Source of the DNA: Chitinophagales bacterium
GTDB lineage: Bacteria; Bacteroidota; Bacteroidia; Chitinophagales; LD1
Assembly (NCBI GenBank): GCA_046329535.1
Contig: JAXLUN010000004.1
Span: 76,443-140,442, forward strand
Length of the DNA: 64,000 nt
Direction of reading: 5' to 3'
The translations under genes were made by a program, and so were the position numbers. Positions 1 to 9,900 of the stretch are shown here, in pieces. Below the pieces are notes generated by a model. That model was not told where the DNA came from and did not search any database. It saw nothing but the letters and a program-made list of their open reading frames with translations. Numbering within the stretch: position 1 is the first letter of the stretch; every line of letters begins with the position of its first letter.

Positions 1-2
1 TT

Positions 3-3000
3 TTGTGGAGTAATGGAGCAACTACAGAGGACATTACCGGATTATCAGCAGGCACTTATAATGTTGCTGTTACCGACTCTAAAGGATGTGCCGCTTCAGC
101 AGGAGCTACTATAGCTCAGCCGCTACCTCTGTTTGTTAACGTGGCTTCGTATCAAAATCTGCTATGCAACAATGATTCTTCCGGGTATGTAGATATTACA
201 GCCAACGGAGGTGTACCTCCGTATAGTTTTGTATGGAACAACGCAGAGACCACAGAGGATATTACTAATCTTCCCATTGGAACCTATGATGTTACTGTTA
301 CAGACGCATATGGTTGTCTTGGAAATCAAAGTCAGGTAATTACGCAGCCTGCTGTTTTAACAAGTACAATTACACCTACAGATATTCCATGTGCTGGTGG
401 TGTTGGTGGAAGTGTTGATTTGACGGTTTCAGGTGGCACTCCTTCCTATTCTTATTTGTGGAATAATGGAGCTACTACTCAGGATTTATCTAATGTTAGC
501 GGTGGAAACTATTCAGTAGTTGTTTATGATGCTAATGGATGTAGTATTACAAATTCTACAACGGTTGCTGAACCATTGCCAATTAACCTGACTTCTACAG
601 TAACCAACGTATTATGTAACGGATTAGCTACCGGGGCCATTGATATAAGTGTAACGGGTGGAGCTGGTAATTATGTTTACTCATGGTCCAATGGTTCTGC
701 CAATCAGGATTTAAGTGGTTTAGTTGCCGGTTCATATTCTGTAACTGTTACAGATGGAAATAATTGCACCGCTTCTATCTCAGTAATCATTACCCAACCC
801 GCTGGAATAGTATTGAATGCAACTCCAACTAATGTTGGATGTGCCGGTGGAAATAACGGAGCCGTTGATATTACTGTTCAGGGAGGTATTTTCCCTTATT
901 CTTATTTATGGAGTAACGGTGCTACTACAGAGGATATCAGTGGACTCAGTGGAGGTACCTATGATGTAACTATTACAGATAACAACCTATGCACGGTTAC
1001 CAACTCATATACTATCACAGAACCCACAGCTATTACTTCATCCGTCACTCATACTGATGTAAGTTGTAATGGATCTTCGGACGGAACAGCAGATCTTTCT
1101 GTTTCAGGAGGAACCTCGCCATACACCTATTTATGGTCAAACTTCCTGGGGTCACAAGATGTTACTGGCCTGCATGGTGGTTTGTATTATGTAATTATTA
1201 CCGATGCTAACGGATGTGAAAGAAGAGACTCGGTTCTTATCTCTGAACCGGCAGTTCTTTCTTTATCGACTACAGTTACCAGTATTTCATGTTACAATTC
1301 CAATGATGGTGCAGTTGATGTTTCTGTAAATGGCGGTACCCCTGGTTATACGTACTTTTGGAGTAACGGTGCGCAAACAGAAGATTTGAGCGGTCTTCAA
1401 AATGGTGTTTACGCTGTTACTGTAACGGATACAAACGGATGCACCGCCACTACATCGATAACTATTGTCAATCCTTCTATAATTACGGCTAATTTCATTG
1501 TTCACGATCCACTTTGTTTTGGAAGTAATGATGGTGTTGTTGATTTGATTCCATCAGGCGGAACGCCAGGATATACTTATTCGTGGAGCACCGGAGATAA
1601 TACCGAAGACATTTCAGGTATCGGTGGAGGTTTGTTTATTGTTACCATAACGGATTCTAAAGGTTGTACAAGAGTTGATTCGGCCAGTGCTGTTGAGCCT
1701 CAGCCACTTGTTACATCGGGAGTAATTAAGAATGTTACCTGTGCCGGCAATAGCGATGGATTTATTGATATCACAGCCTATGGCGGAACATTACCATACA
1801 GTTATACATGGTCAACTCAGCAGTCTACAGAAGATGTGTTCAACCTGCCCGGTGGAAACTATTTTGTATCGGTAACTGATGCAAATGCATGCCAGGTAGC
1901 ATCGTTGTATATTATTCGCGAACCACTTCCCCTCACAACTAGCATAGTAAGTAACAATGTAAATTGCTTCGGCCAAAAAACTGGTTCAGTGGCTGTTATC
2001 CCAGCCGGTGGAACTACTCCTTATTACTACTTGTGGAATAATTTCGCCACTGATTCTGCTTTAACCGGCTTGAATGCCGGAAAGTATACCGTTCAATTAA
2101 TCGACTCTAACGGATGTTTGACGTATGATACTGCATTCATAACAGAACCTGCTCAAATTGCTATTACCGGTACTGTAACGGATGTTGTTTGTTTTGGCGC
2201 TAGTACAGGAAGTGTGACTCTTACGGTGACAGGTGGTACACCAACATATACTTTCGCCTGGACAGGTGGTTCATCAACTCAGGATTTATTATATGCGACT
2301 GCAGGAACATACACCGTTACTGTAACCGATGCGAATACTTGTACCCTTAGCAGTACGTTTAATATTATGCAAGGAGCCAAGATTATTACCAATCTGGCAG
2401 GATACAACCCTATTTGCAATGGTGGTACTACGGGCGCAGCCTCTGCAATTGTAACCGGAGGCGCTGCTCCATATACTTATTTGTGGAGTACTACGCCTGT
2501 ACAAACGGGTGTTGCCATTAGCGGAATCAAGGCTGGTGATTATTATCTTACAGTTACAGATGCCTTGAACTGTACGACTATAGACTCCATTACATTGATA
2601 GAACCACAGCCGATTGTTGTGTTGACTAACGCAACGGGAGCTAAATGCTATAACACAGCAACCGGTAATGTGATTACCACAGTAACCGGTGGTAATAGCC
2701 CTTATACATACCTGCTCAATGGCGTTGCTCGGGATACTGGTGTGTTTTCTAACCTAGCTCCGGGCAACTATCTCATTCTTGTGACGGATGTAAACGGCTG
2801 TCAGGGAAATGCATCTTTCATAGTTTCATCGCCAAGTGAGTTGTCTGTAGACCTAGGGGTAACTCAGCAAGTTATTTTGACAGGAATGAATACGCAGCTA
2901 GTGGCTAATGCAACTTCTACTTCACCTATCATTCATTATTTCTGGAGTCCGGATTCAGTAGTTGATTATAGCATTTGTTCGGATCCATCTAACTGTTCTA

Positions 3001-3395
3001 ATCCGTTGGTGGCACCTAGAACAACAACAACATTTACAGTTTTGGTTATGAATTCAGATTCATGCTATGCTTCCGATACAGTGACTGTTATTGTATTGAA
3101 TCAACCTTCAGCGTTCATACCTACCGCATTTACACCGAATGATGATTTATTGAATGATCGTTTCGAGTTTGATATTTTGGGTGCTACCAACATTGAGGTG
3201 ACTGTGTTTAACCGCTGGGGACAAAAAGTGTATTTCAATGCAGCACAACCAAACGGTATTAATAATCAAAACGGATGGGATGGAAAGGTAGATGGTAAAC
3301 TGGCACCTTTTGATACGTACGTTTATCAATTGACAGTTACCTATTGGGATAATGCCACCAAAGACTTTACAGGAACTGTAACACTAATGAAATAG
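3..3395 (+). CDS. Partial (5'-truncated at window edge) cell-surface adhesin with at least 12 tandem SprB-type repeats and a T9SS type-B (gliding-motility-associated) C-terminal domain
   Basis: The frame is open from the window edge, and the track start is an in-frame TTG rather than a real start. A ~76-aa repeat with signature GGxxPYxYxWSNGATTEDxxGLxxGxYxVxVTDxNGC occurs 12 times. The C-terminus FIPTAFTPNDDLLNDRF..VFNRWGQKVY..WDGK..YVYQLTV..GTVTLMK fits the type-B CTD pattern. Confidence 0.85.
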   Translation: MWSNGATTEDITGLSAGTYNVAVTDSKGCAASAGATIAQPLPLFVNVASYQNLLCNNDSSGYVDITANGGVPPYSFVWNNAETTEDITNLPIGTYDVTVTDAYGCLGNQSQVITQPAVLTSTITPTDIPCAGGVGGSVDLTVSGGTPSYSYLWNNGATTQDLSNVSGGNYSVVVYDANGCSITNSTTVAEPLPINLTSTVTNVLCNGLATGAIDISVTGGAGNYVYSWSNGSANQDLSGLVAGSYSVTVTDGNNCTASISVIITQPAGIVLNATPTNVGCAGGNNGAVDITVQGGIFPYSYLWSNGATTEDISGLSGGTYDVTITDNNLCTVTNSYTITEPTAITSSVTHTDVSCNGSSDGTADLSVSGGTSPYTYLWSNFLGSQDVTGLHGGLYYVIITDANGCERRDSVLISEPAVLSLSTTVTSISCYNSNDGAVDVSVNGGTPGYTYFWSNGAQTEDLSGLQNGVYAVTVTDTNGCTATTSITIVNPSIITANFIVHDPLCFGSNDGVVDLIPSGGTPGYTYSWSTGDNTEDISGIGGGLFIVTITDSKGCTRVDSASAVEPQPLVTSGVIKNVTCAGNSDGFIDITAYGGTLPYSYTWSTQQSTEDVFNLPGGNYFVSVTDANACQVASLYIIREPLPLTTSIVSNNVNCFGQKTGSVAVIPAGGTTPYYYLWNNFATDSALTGLNAGKYTVQLIDSNGCLTYDTAFITEPAQIAITGTVTDVVCFGASTGSVTLTVTGGTPTYTFAWTGGSSTQDLLYATAGTYTVTVTDANTCTLSSTFNIMQGAKIITNLAGYNPICNGGTTGAASAIVTGGAAPYTYLWSTTPVQTGVAISGIKAGDYYLTVTDALNCTTIDSITLIEPQPIVVLTNATGAKCYNTATGNVITTVTGGNSPYTYLLNGVARDTGVFSNLAPGNYLILVTDVNGCQGNASFIVSSPSELSVDLGVTQQVILTGMNTQLVANATSTSPIIHYFWSPDSVVDYSICSDPSNCSNPLVAPRTTTTFTVLVMNSDSCYASDTVTVIVLNQPSAFIPTAFTPNDDLLNDRFEFDILGATNIEVTVFNRWGQKVYFNAAQPNGINNQNGWDGKVDGKLAPFDTYVYQLTVTYWDNATKDFTGTVTLMK

Positions 3396-3418
3396 AAATA
3401 TAAACGGATTATTTTTTA

Positions 3419-3452
3419 ATGCCCCGCATTTTTTGCGGGGCATTTTTATTTT
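3419..3452 (+). terminator. Rho-independent terminator after the adhesin gene
   Basis: ATGCCCCGC (3419-3427) pairs with GCGGGGCAT (3435-3443) around a 7-nt loop and is followed by TTTTATTTT. Confidence 0.75.
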
Positions 3453-3458
3453 CATGTA

Positions 3459-3965
3459 ATGAATTACCCAGCAAGCTACTTTGTTCAGAAATTTAGTATG
3501 ACTGAACACCCCGAAGGAGGATGGTACAAAGAAACTTATCGAAGCCAGGAGCATATTCATGCAGATGCACTACCGGATAGATTTAACGGGAAGAGAAACT
3601 TTTCTACGGCTATTTACTTTCTTCTCGAAGGCCATCAGTTTTCTTCCTTTCATCGAATTAAGAGTGACGAGTTATGGCATTTTTATGCAGGTGGCACACT
3701 CAATATTTACGTAATAGACTTCCATGGGGAATTAGAGGTCATTCGGTTAGGAAGCAACTTAGAGAATGGGGAAGTTTTTCAATCTGTTGTAAAAGCCGGT
3801 TGCTGGTTCGCTTCTAAACCAGCTACCGAGAATTCATTCTCTCTGGTTGGGTGCACTGTTTCACCGGGTTTTGATTTTTCTGACTTTGAGCTGGCTACAA
3901 GAGACCAACTTTCAAAACTTTATCCCCAACAAAGTGAGATTATCAATAGTCTTTGCCGTTCCTGA
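3459..3965 (+). CDS. Cupin-fold protein (DUF985/YML079w-like)
   Basis: 168 aa. The N-terminal MTEHPEGGWYKETYRS motif is typical of the DUF985 cupin family, and the rest looks beta-rich. Confidence 0.65.
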   Translation: MNYPASYFVQKFSMTEHPEGGWYKETYRSQEHIHADALPDRFNGKRNFSTAIYFLLEGHQFSSFHRIKSDELWHFYAGGTLNIYVIDFHGELEVIRLGSNLENGEVFQSVVKAGCWFASKPATENSFSLVGCTVSPGFDFSDFELATRDQLSKLYPQQSEIINSLCRS

Positions 3966-3988
3966 AATACAACCAGCTCAAACAAGTT

Positions 3989-4480
3989 TTAAAAAAGAAG
4001 GTTAGCTTTTTTATTGCTGAAATTTCTTTCATGTTCCAGTAACCATTGTTTTCGGTTTAATCCACCGGCATAGCCTGTAAGCTTACCATTTTCACCAATT
4101 ACCCGATGACAAGGAATAATGATAGCGATATTATTTTTTCCGTTAGCTGCACCTACTGCCCTTACCGCTTTTTCATTATTCAGCTGTTTGGCAATATTGA
4201 TGTAGGTGGTTGTTTCTCCATAGGGGATTTTAATCAGTTCATTCCAGACATCTTTTTGAAAATCTGTTCCTTCAGTAAATAGCTTGACAGAAAAGGATTT
4301 TAATTGTCCTGTGAAGTACTGATCTAATTCATTTTTGCAAACACATAAAACCTCAGGAATTGTTTCAGAATCGGGAATAGGCTCCGATACAAACTCTATA
4401 GCAAGAACTGCATTTTCGTTACTGGTAATTTGAATTAAGCCAATAGGGGAATCGATGCCGATATTAAATACAGGGCTCAT
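3989..4480 (-). CDS. ogt: Methylated-DNA--protein-cysteine methyltransferase
   Basis: Active-site IPCHRVIG (PCHR motif) with a preceding NxxAIIIPCHRV context; 163 aa. Confidence 0.85.
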   Translation of the reverse strand: MSPVFNIGIDSPIGLIQITSNENAVLAIEFVSEPIPDSETIPEVLCVCKNELDQYFTGQLKSFSVKLFTEGTDFQKDVWNELIKIPYGETTTYINIAKQLNNEKAVRAVGAANGKNNIAIIIPCHRVIGENGKLTGYAGGLNRKQWLLEHERNFSNKKANLLF

Positions 4481-4486
4481 CAGTAT

Positions 4487-5275
4487 TTAGTTGGCTTTTA
4501 AATCCTCTACATCTTTTTTTAGTTCCTGCATCAATTGCATGATATTCTGAAATGACATATCACTACCTTTGTTAAGATAGCTGATATTAAGTACTGCCTT
4601 CCAAACTTCAAGAACTTCGTCAATTTTGATTGGATAAGCCGGGTAAGATGTATTATCGCTGCGTAATATTAAAGTGCCGTTTTCTTCCACCTGATTAAAT
4701 ACCCGTTTAAATACTATCCCATCATGTTTGGAAAGGATGATATAAGTATGTCCGTCTTTAATCTGCTTCCAGTTATCTATATATTCTCCAACAATTACAG
4801 ACCCCGGTAATATAGGCAGCATAGAATCCCCCTTGATTTCAAATGCCCGATAAGTACCTGCCGGTAAAAATGGCAAGCGAAACTTATTTAGTTCCTTAAT
4901 GAAAGTTGGGTCAGTATAACCGTTCAGGTAGCCTGCTGCAGCTTTTACGGGTATCATCTCAATATTCTCATTCTCCTTCTTATCTACCGTAATAGCCAAT
5001 ATTCGAAGATTCTTGCCAGTTACATCACTTTTAAGTTGGTCTTCGCTGAAGATTGGAACCTTTTCAGTTTGGCGAAGGTCTTTAGTAATTAACTGATCAA
5101 TAGAGTATTTAAAAACTTTAGATAAGTCATACAGCACCTCGTAGGTAGGTCTGGCTCTGCCTTCTTCATATGCACCAATTAATGAGCGTTTAATGTTTAA
5201 TTCTTCCGCTAAATCATTCTGAGTCCATGATTTTAGTTTTCGTAAAAACTTCATGTTAGTAGCAATAAAGTCCAT
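4487..5275 (-). CDS. XRE-family HTH / S24 peptidase (LexA- or CI-like autocleavable repressor)
   Basis: The N-terminus has an HTH (WTQNDLAEELNIKRSLIGAYEEGRARP). A cleavage-site-like PVKAAAGY is present, along with the Ser motif GDSMLP and the Lys motif VFKRV. The gene is divergent from dinB. The start may instead be the second Met at 5254. Confidence 0.8.
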   Translation of the reverse strand: MDFIATNMKFLRKLKSWTQNDLAEELNIKRSLIGAYEEGRARPTYEVLYDLSKVFKYSIDQLITKDLRQTEKVPIFSEDQLKSDVTGKNLRILAITVDKKENENIEMIPVKAAAGYLNGYTDPTFIKELNKFRLPFLPAGTYRAFEIKGDSMLPILPGSVIVGEYIDNWKQIKDGHTYIILSKHDGIVFKRVFNQVEENGTLILRSDNTSYPAYPIKIDEVLEVWKAVLNISYLNKGSDMSFQNIMQLMQELKKDVEDLKAN

Positions 5276-5289
5276 TGGGTTTCTATTTA

Positions 5290-5333
5290 TTGATCAAACA
5301 TAAGCAAAAATATTTAGTATTTTTATTAGTATT
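5290..5333. promoter_or_regulatory. Candidate operator elements in the 64-bp divergent S24-repressor/dinB intergenic region
   Basis: There is an 8-bp palindrome TTGATCAA (5290-5297) and a direct repeat TTAGTATT at 5314-5321 and 5326-5333. No known LexA box was recognised. Confidence 0.25.
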
Positions 5334-5339
5334 GTTGTT

Positions 5340-6569
5340 ATGCAGACCCAAATACTTCATCTGGATCTTGATTCTTTCTTCGTTTCGGTTGAAAGATTGT
5401 TTGATAAGAGTCTTCTAGGTAAACCGGTTATTGTAGGAGGTTCCAGTAATAGAGGAGTAGTTTCTTCGTGCAGTTACGAGGCCAGAAAATTCGGAGTACA
5501 TAGTGCTATGTCAATAATTAAAGCCAGAAAGTTATGTCCGCACGGTATTTTTCTTAATGGACGAATGAGTGATTATGGAAAATATTCAGGAATAGTAACC
5601 GACATTATTGCCCAAAGGGCACCACTTTTTGAAAAGGCATCAATCGATGAATTTTATGTTGACTTAACCGGTATGGATAAATATTTTGGTACTTATAAAT
5701 GGGCGACAGAACTGCGTGGTACGATTATTAAAGAGACTAACCTTCCTATTTCCTGGGGGCTTTCCACTAATAAGATGCTGGCTAAAATGGCTACCAACGA
5801 AGCAAAACCTAATGGACAATTTATGATTGAACCCGGGCGGGAGCAGGAGTTTCTGGATGCCAAACCCATTGGTAAAATTCCCTTCTGTGGAGAGAAAACA
5901 GAAAAATTTCTAAATCAAAAGGGGATAAAAACCATCTATGATTTAAGGCAATTTTCGAAGGATGCACTTTTTGAGTGGATGGGTAAAAGCGGAATTGATT
6001 TATGGCAACGAGCTCATGGAAAAGCTAACGCTATCCTGCAACCCTACCATGATCCAAAGAGTATTAGCAGCGAAAGAACTTTTGCAGATGACACTAACGA
6101 TATGGATTGGCTTCAAAAAGTGATTATCGGATTGTCAGAAAAGCTGGCCTTCGAATTACGCAGCGAAAAGAAACTTGCCGGATGTGTGGCGGTAAAAATC
6201 AGATATCATGACTTTTCTACCCATACCAGGCAATTAGCCTGCATGCCAACTTCTAATTCTAAAAAGCTTATGGAACTGGCCATAAATATTTTTCAAAATT
6301 CAGTTGAACCCAACAGAAAAGTAAGGCTAGTGGGAGTTAGATTTTCGGAGCTCGAAGAAGGAGCATATCAGATTAATTTATTTGACGATAGAGAAAAGGA
6401 TGTGCTGTTATATAAAGCCATTGATGAAATGAAAGCCAAGCACGGAAAAACCAAAATTGTGCTGGCTCAAAACCTGAATCCTGAAAATGTTACGCAAAAC
6501 GACCCTAAAGCAATACTAAATAGAGCAGTGAAGAGAATTGTGTTTACAAAAGGAAACCCATCTGATTAA
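5340..6569 (+). CDS. dinB: DNA polymerase IV (Y-family translesion polymerase)
   Basis: N-terminus ILHLDLDSFFVSVE, plus SIDEFYVDLTG, matching the Y-family palm motifs; 409 aa. Confidence 0.9.
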   Translation: MQTQILHLDLDSFFVSVERLFDKSLLGKPVIVGGSSNRGVVSSCSYEARKFGVHSAMSIIKARKLCPHGIFLNGRMSDYGKYSGIVTDIIAQRAPLFEKASIDEFYVDLTGMDKYFGTYKWATELRGTIIKETNLPISWGLSTNKMLAKMATNEAKPNGQFMIEPGREQEFLDAKPIGKIPFCGEKTEKFLNQKGIKTIYDLRQFSKDALFEWMGKSGIDLWQRAHGKANAILQPYHDPKSISSERTFADDTNDMDWLQKVIIGLSEKLAFELRSEKKLAGCVAVKIRYHDFSTHTRQLACMPTSNSKKLMELAINIFQNSVEPNRKVRLVGVRFSELEEGAYQINLFDDREKDVLLYKAIDEMKAKHGKTKIVLAQNLNPENVTQNDPKAILNRAVKRIVFTKGNPSD

Positions 6570-6603
6570 TCCATAACGCTGAAAAAAATATTTTCGGCAT
6601 TAT

Positions 6604-7662
6604 ATGATTCGATTTGTTTCTTGTTTTTTACTCTGTATAATATTTGGTCAAAATGTTTTAGCTGATACAGAATATGTAGGTGACAATCTTCTTTCAATAA
6701 TAGGAATGAGTACGACTTCTGAAAACTTTCTTCCAATCAAGGAGTTTTGGCTGCTCGATAAAAATTTTGAGAATAAATACGGTGGGGTAAAGTTTGGAGT
6801 CAATTCTTCAACAGGCAGAGTAGAGAGTATTTTAATAGCCGGAGAAAATTATAAATCAAAAAGTGAATTGTTTTATAAATACTCCTCAGCTACTCCTTTC
6901 GGTATTTCATTAGCAGACCAAGCATCTCAGTTTCAGATAAAATTTAGCGATGGTATTATTGTAAAAGGGCAGAATATTATCCGCTATTATTATCAGCACT
7001 TGGTTATGGATGTCACATTCTCAAAGTTACCTGATGGGAAAATAGTGAGTATCCGATTTTCGAAGGGAGAGAAGCCAGAACCTGTAAAGAAAGCTGCTAA
7101 CCCAATTGTACCCTCGGTCAAAGCTGACTCTTTGGTAGTAAAAGCAAAGGGGATTGTACAGGATAGCAAAGCCGATAAGTGCGACAAGCCTAAAGACGTA
7201 ACTAATGAAGAATCTTCATTTCGGGAAGCATTGTTAGAGGTGTTTACTTCTTATCGGGAATCAAGTTTTTATTCCATTAAACAAAAATCCAGGTCTGCCG
7301 GTAATTTTTGGAACTATAAGTATACCTATTCCACCAACATTAAAATTCCGGGCGAGAAGTATAATATGTTGTATAGTTACCCTTTTGTATCATCAGATTT
7401 AGACTTTGTTTCAGTGCTTAAAGAGACTGAAAGTGTAGATGGCGCGTTTATAAAAACATACAAAGAATTTGAAAAAAAACTGGCTGATTGTCTTTCCAGT
7501 AATGATGGATGGATCGCTTCATGTATTAAGAACAGCGAATCAAAAAATCTATCTGATTTGGAGTTTAGAAATGATAAATACGGATCAGTTATATTGGATT
7601 ATTCTAAAAATCCGAACGGGAAGCATATTCTGTATCTGCGTTATCTTCTGTTTGCAAATTGA
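6604..7662 (+). CDS. Hypothetical secreted protein
   Basis: 352-aa ORF with a signal-peptide-like N-terminus MIRFVSCFLLCIIFGQNVLA. No family motif was recognised. Confidence 0.5.
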   Translation: MIRFVSCFLLCIIFGQNVLADTEYVGDNLLSIIGMSTTSENFLPIKEFWLLDKNFENKYGGVKFGVNSSTGRVESILIAGENYKSKSELFYKYSSATPFGISLADQASQFQIKFSDGIIVKGQNIIRYYYQHLVMDVTFSKLPDGKIVSIRFSKGEKPEPVKKAANPIVPSVKADSLVVKAKGIVQDSKADKCDKPKDVTNEESSFREALLEVFTSYRESSFYSIKQKSRSAGNFWNYKYTYSTNIKIPGEKYNMLYSYPFVSSDLDFVSVLKETESVDGAFIKTYKEFEKKLADCLSSNDGWIASCIKNSESKNLSDLEFRNDKYGSVILDYSKNPNGKHILYLRYLLFAN

Positions 7663-7678
7663 TATGGGGCAAAAAGGA

Positions 7679-9085
7679 TTAAGACGCAGTTCTGAATTTT
7701 TCTACTCTTTCAAACAACCAACTTGAAGCTTTACTGGTAGAAACATAAAAAAGAGCAACTGGTATAAAGCAAAATAGTCCACGCTTGAAAGAGCTTTCCA
7801 TCAAAGATGCTATGGGAGCCCGTTGAACTGCTACATTGATAAAATAGAACAGCAAAAAATACATGCTGAAAGAAACAAAGAAGAATATCAGCACATTCAT
7901 TTTATCTTTTAACACCTCTTTTACTCCGTCTTTATAAATAAAGAGAAGATTGACCAACAAGGTGATAAAGAACAGGATAAATGCTATTCCATAAAGTTGA
8001 CCACCATCTATAGCCCCTTTTTGCCCACCAAACAAAAAAGCCTTGGTGTAACCGCCAACAACATCCATACGCTCCGCATTATAACCCATTCCCAGATCGA
8101 ATTTTCCAGCAGTACTTGGGGTAGCAATTTTAAGTTTCAGATAAAGAGCCCAAACAATGAATGGTGCAACAGCTATTGCTCCGTACACAAGAGTTTTTTT
8201 CCAGTCTTTAGTTTTTAGAAAATCAATTCCAATAATTAACAAAGCAGCCGCTGTAAAAACTACGGTATCGCTTCTTATCCAAATGACAAATGCCATCAGA
8301 ACAGCACCCAGCCAAAAGAATTTCTCATCACGTTTATCTATCCAGATAATAGTTGCTAATGCCCCTGCACCAACATAAGCCGTGGTAGGTAAGTTACCTA
8401 ATGATAGTGCTGCGTGGCTGAACAATTCAGGCGTAATCATCAGAATGAATGTAAAGAGCATGGATACCGTGGCATCTGTATAATATCTAACCAGGCTGTA
8501 GAAAGTAGTAAGTAAGGAGAGAAAGAAGAGTGTGGTAATAATCTTAGGCGTTTCTGCTCCAAAAATGTATACGTAGGCAAAACTACCGTGAAACAAAGGT
8601 GGATAAACCCCACCTGCGCCCTCCAGATTGTATTGAAACAAACTAATTTTAAGCTTGCCTTCCAATGCCATTAATCTTCCCAGTTTATCAAATGAGCCAA
8701 TGGTATCATGCTCGGTTGGCGGCCAGAAAAGATTCTTTACTGTAATTGCATAAAACAGGTAGGCTATAAAACAAAAGACAAACAAAGCTGCAAAGTTTAT
8801 CTGCTGTAGTTTTGTTTCAGGTAACTTGAATTCGCTTTTTAATTGCAATAGGTTTTTATAGTTAAGTCCATTCAATGCTGTAATAGATAGAATGTTTACA
8901 CCAATGATTAAGTCTTGTGAATAGGGGATGTTAAGCACATCCAGAAAAAACAAAAAAAATGTCTCAATACCAATGCCAATCAGGAATGAATAACCAATCA
9001 GTTCAGGCAAAGTATATTTTCTGCTGATGGTCAGTAGCACAGAAAGTCCAAGTAGGTAGCAAAGTAATATTCCAACTGTTAGCAT
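7679..9085 (-). CDS. Polytopic membrane protein (possible GT-C-like glycosyltransferase, family not recognised)
   Basis: 468 aa that is almost entirely hydrophobic helices. There is a 3-nt gap to the upstream gene, and it is the last gene of a four-gene minus-strand operon. Confidence 0.55.
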   Translation of the reverse strand: MLTVGILLCYLLGLSVLLTISRKYTLPELIGYSFLIGIGIETFFLFFLDVLNIPYSQDLIIGVNILSITALNGLNYKNLLQLKSEFKLPETKLQQINFAALFVFCFIAYLFYAITVKNLFWPPTEHDTIGSFDKLGRLMALEGKLKISLFQYNLEGAGGVYPPLFHGSFAYVYIFGAETPKIITTLFFLSLLTTFYSLVRYYTDATVSMLFTFILMITPELFSHAALSLGNLPTTAYVGAGALATIIWIDKRDEKFFWLGAVLMAFVIWIRSDTVVFTAAALLIIGIDFLKTKDWKKTLVYGAIAVAPFIVWALYLKLKIATPSTAGKFDLGMGYNAERMDVVGGYTKAFLFGGQKGAIDGGQLYGIAFILFFITLLVNLLFIYKDGVKEVLKDKMNVLIFFFVSFSMYFLLFYFINVAVQRAPIASLMESSFKRGLFCFIPVALFYVSTSKASSWLFERVEKFRTAS

Positions 9086-9088
9086 AAA

Positions 9089-9835
9089 TTATTTTGATTG
9101 AGTTGAAGCCGGTGGGCTGTTAATAGGTAAAACTGCCTCACTTGCACGCTGTTCAACAGGTACATCATATTTTAGTTTGTCATATCCCTTGCCTTCAATA
9201 ATTAATACATGAGTAATTCTTTTAGCCAAGTCCGGATGTTCGTCTTCATGCCCGGTAGTAAGGCATAGGCGTGGATAGATGAAATATTCGACCCATTCAG
9301 GGTTATAAATAAAGTTCCATTTTGAATTATTGGAAATAGCTGAATCTCCGGGTGGTAATAGTATTACTGCATCTTTAGGTGTATTGTCATTAACATATTT
9401 CAATAATGGATATACACCTACTTTGTAACCTAATTTGTCTTCGCGTGAAAGGGGTTTCATTTGACCGCTCTCAATTTTATCTTTCATTTCATTTATCTGC
9501 TCCAGATTTTTTATGGCTAAATCATGGATTGCCCAATAGTAACCACGGGTGATACTTTTGAAAAAAGAGGTGTCACTTTGAATAGTCATAATCTGGTTGT
9601 AAAGTTCCTGTTGCCTTTCCTGATTGACTCCGCTTTGACGCAGTTGTGAAAATTCCTGATAAAGCTCAGGAAGCTGACCTTGTTTCTCATTCATTTTATA
9701 AATGGTTAGAAAAAGAAAGCCAATAACTGCTGTAACAAGCAGGTTTCTAAGTACGTAACTGACAGCATTAAAATCCGTAGATCCGGATTTTTTTGTTGTT
9801 GTATTACCGGTTTGTTTATTAGTTTGTTTTGCCAC
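9089..9835 (-). CDS. Hypothetical single-pass membrane protein
   Basis: 248 aa with a GTG start. A K/T-rich N-terminus is followed by one TM segment (LLVTAVIGFLFLTIY). No motif was recognised. Confidence 0.45.
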   Translation of the reverse strand: MAKQTNKQTGNTTTKKSGSTDFNAVSYVLRNLLVTAVIGFLFLTIYKMNEKQGQLPELYQEFSQLRQSGVNQERQQELYNQIMTIQSDTSFFKSITRGYYWAIHDLAIKNLEQINEMKDKIESGQMKPLSREDKLGYKVGVYPLLKYVNDNTPKDAVILLPPGDSAISNNSKWNFIYNPEWVEYFIYPRLCLTTGHEDEHPDLAKRITHVLIIEGKGYDKLKYDVPVEQRASEAVLPINSPPASTQSK

Positions 9836-9900
9836 GGCAACAAAGCTAAGAAAAGTATATAATAATGAAGTTCTCTAAACGAGTGCTACAAAAAGTATGG

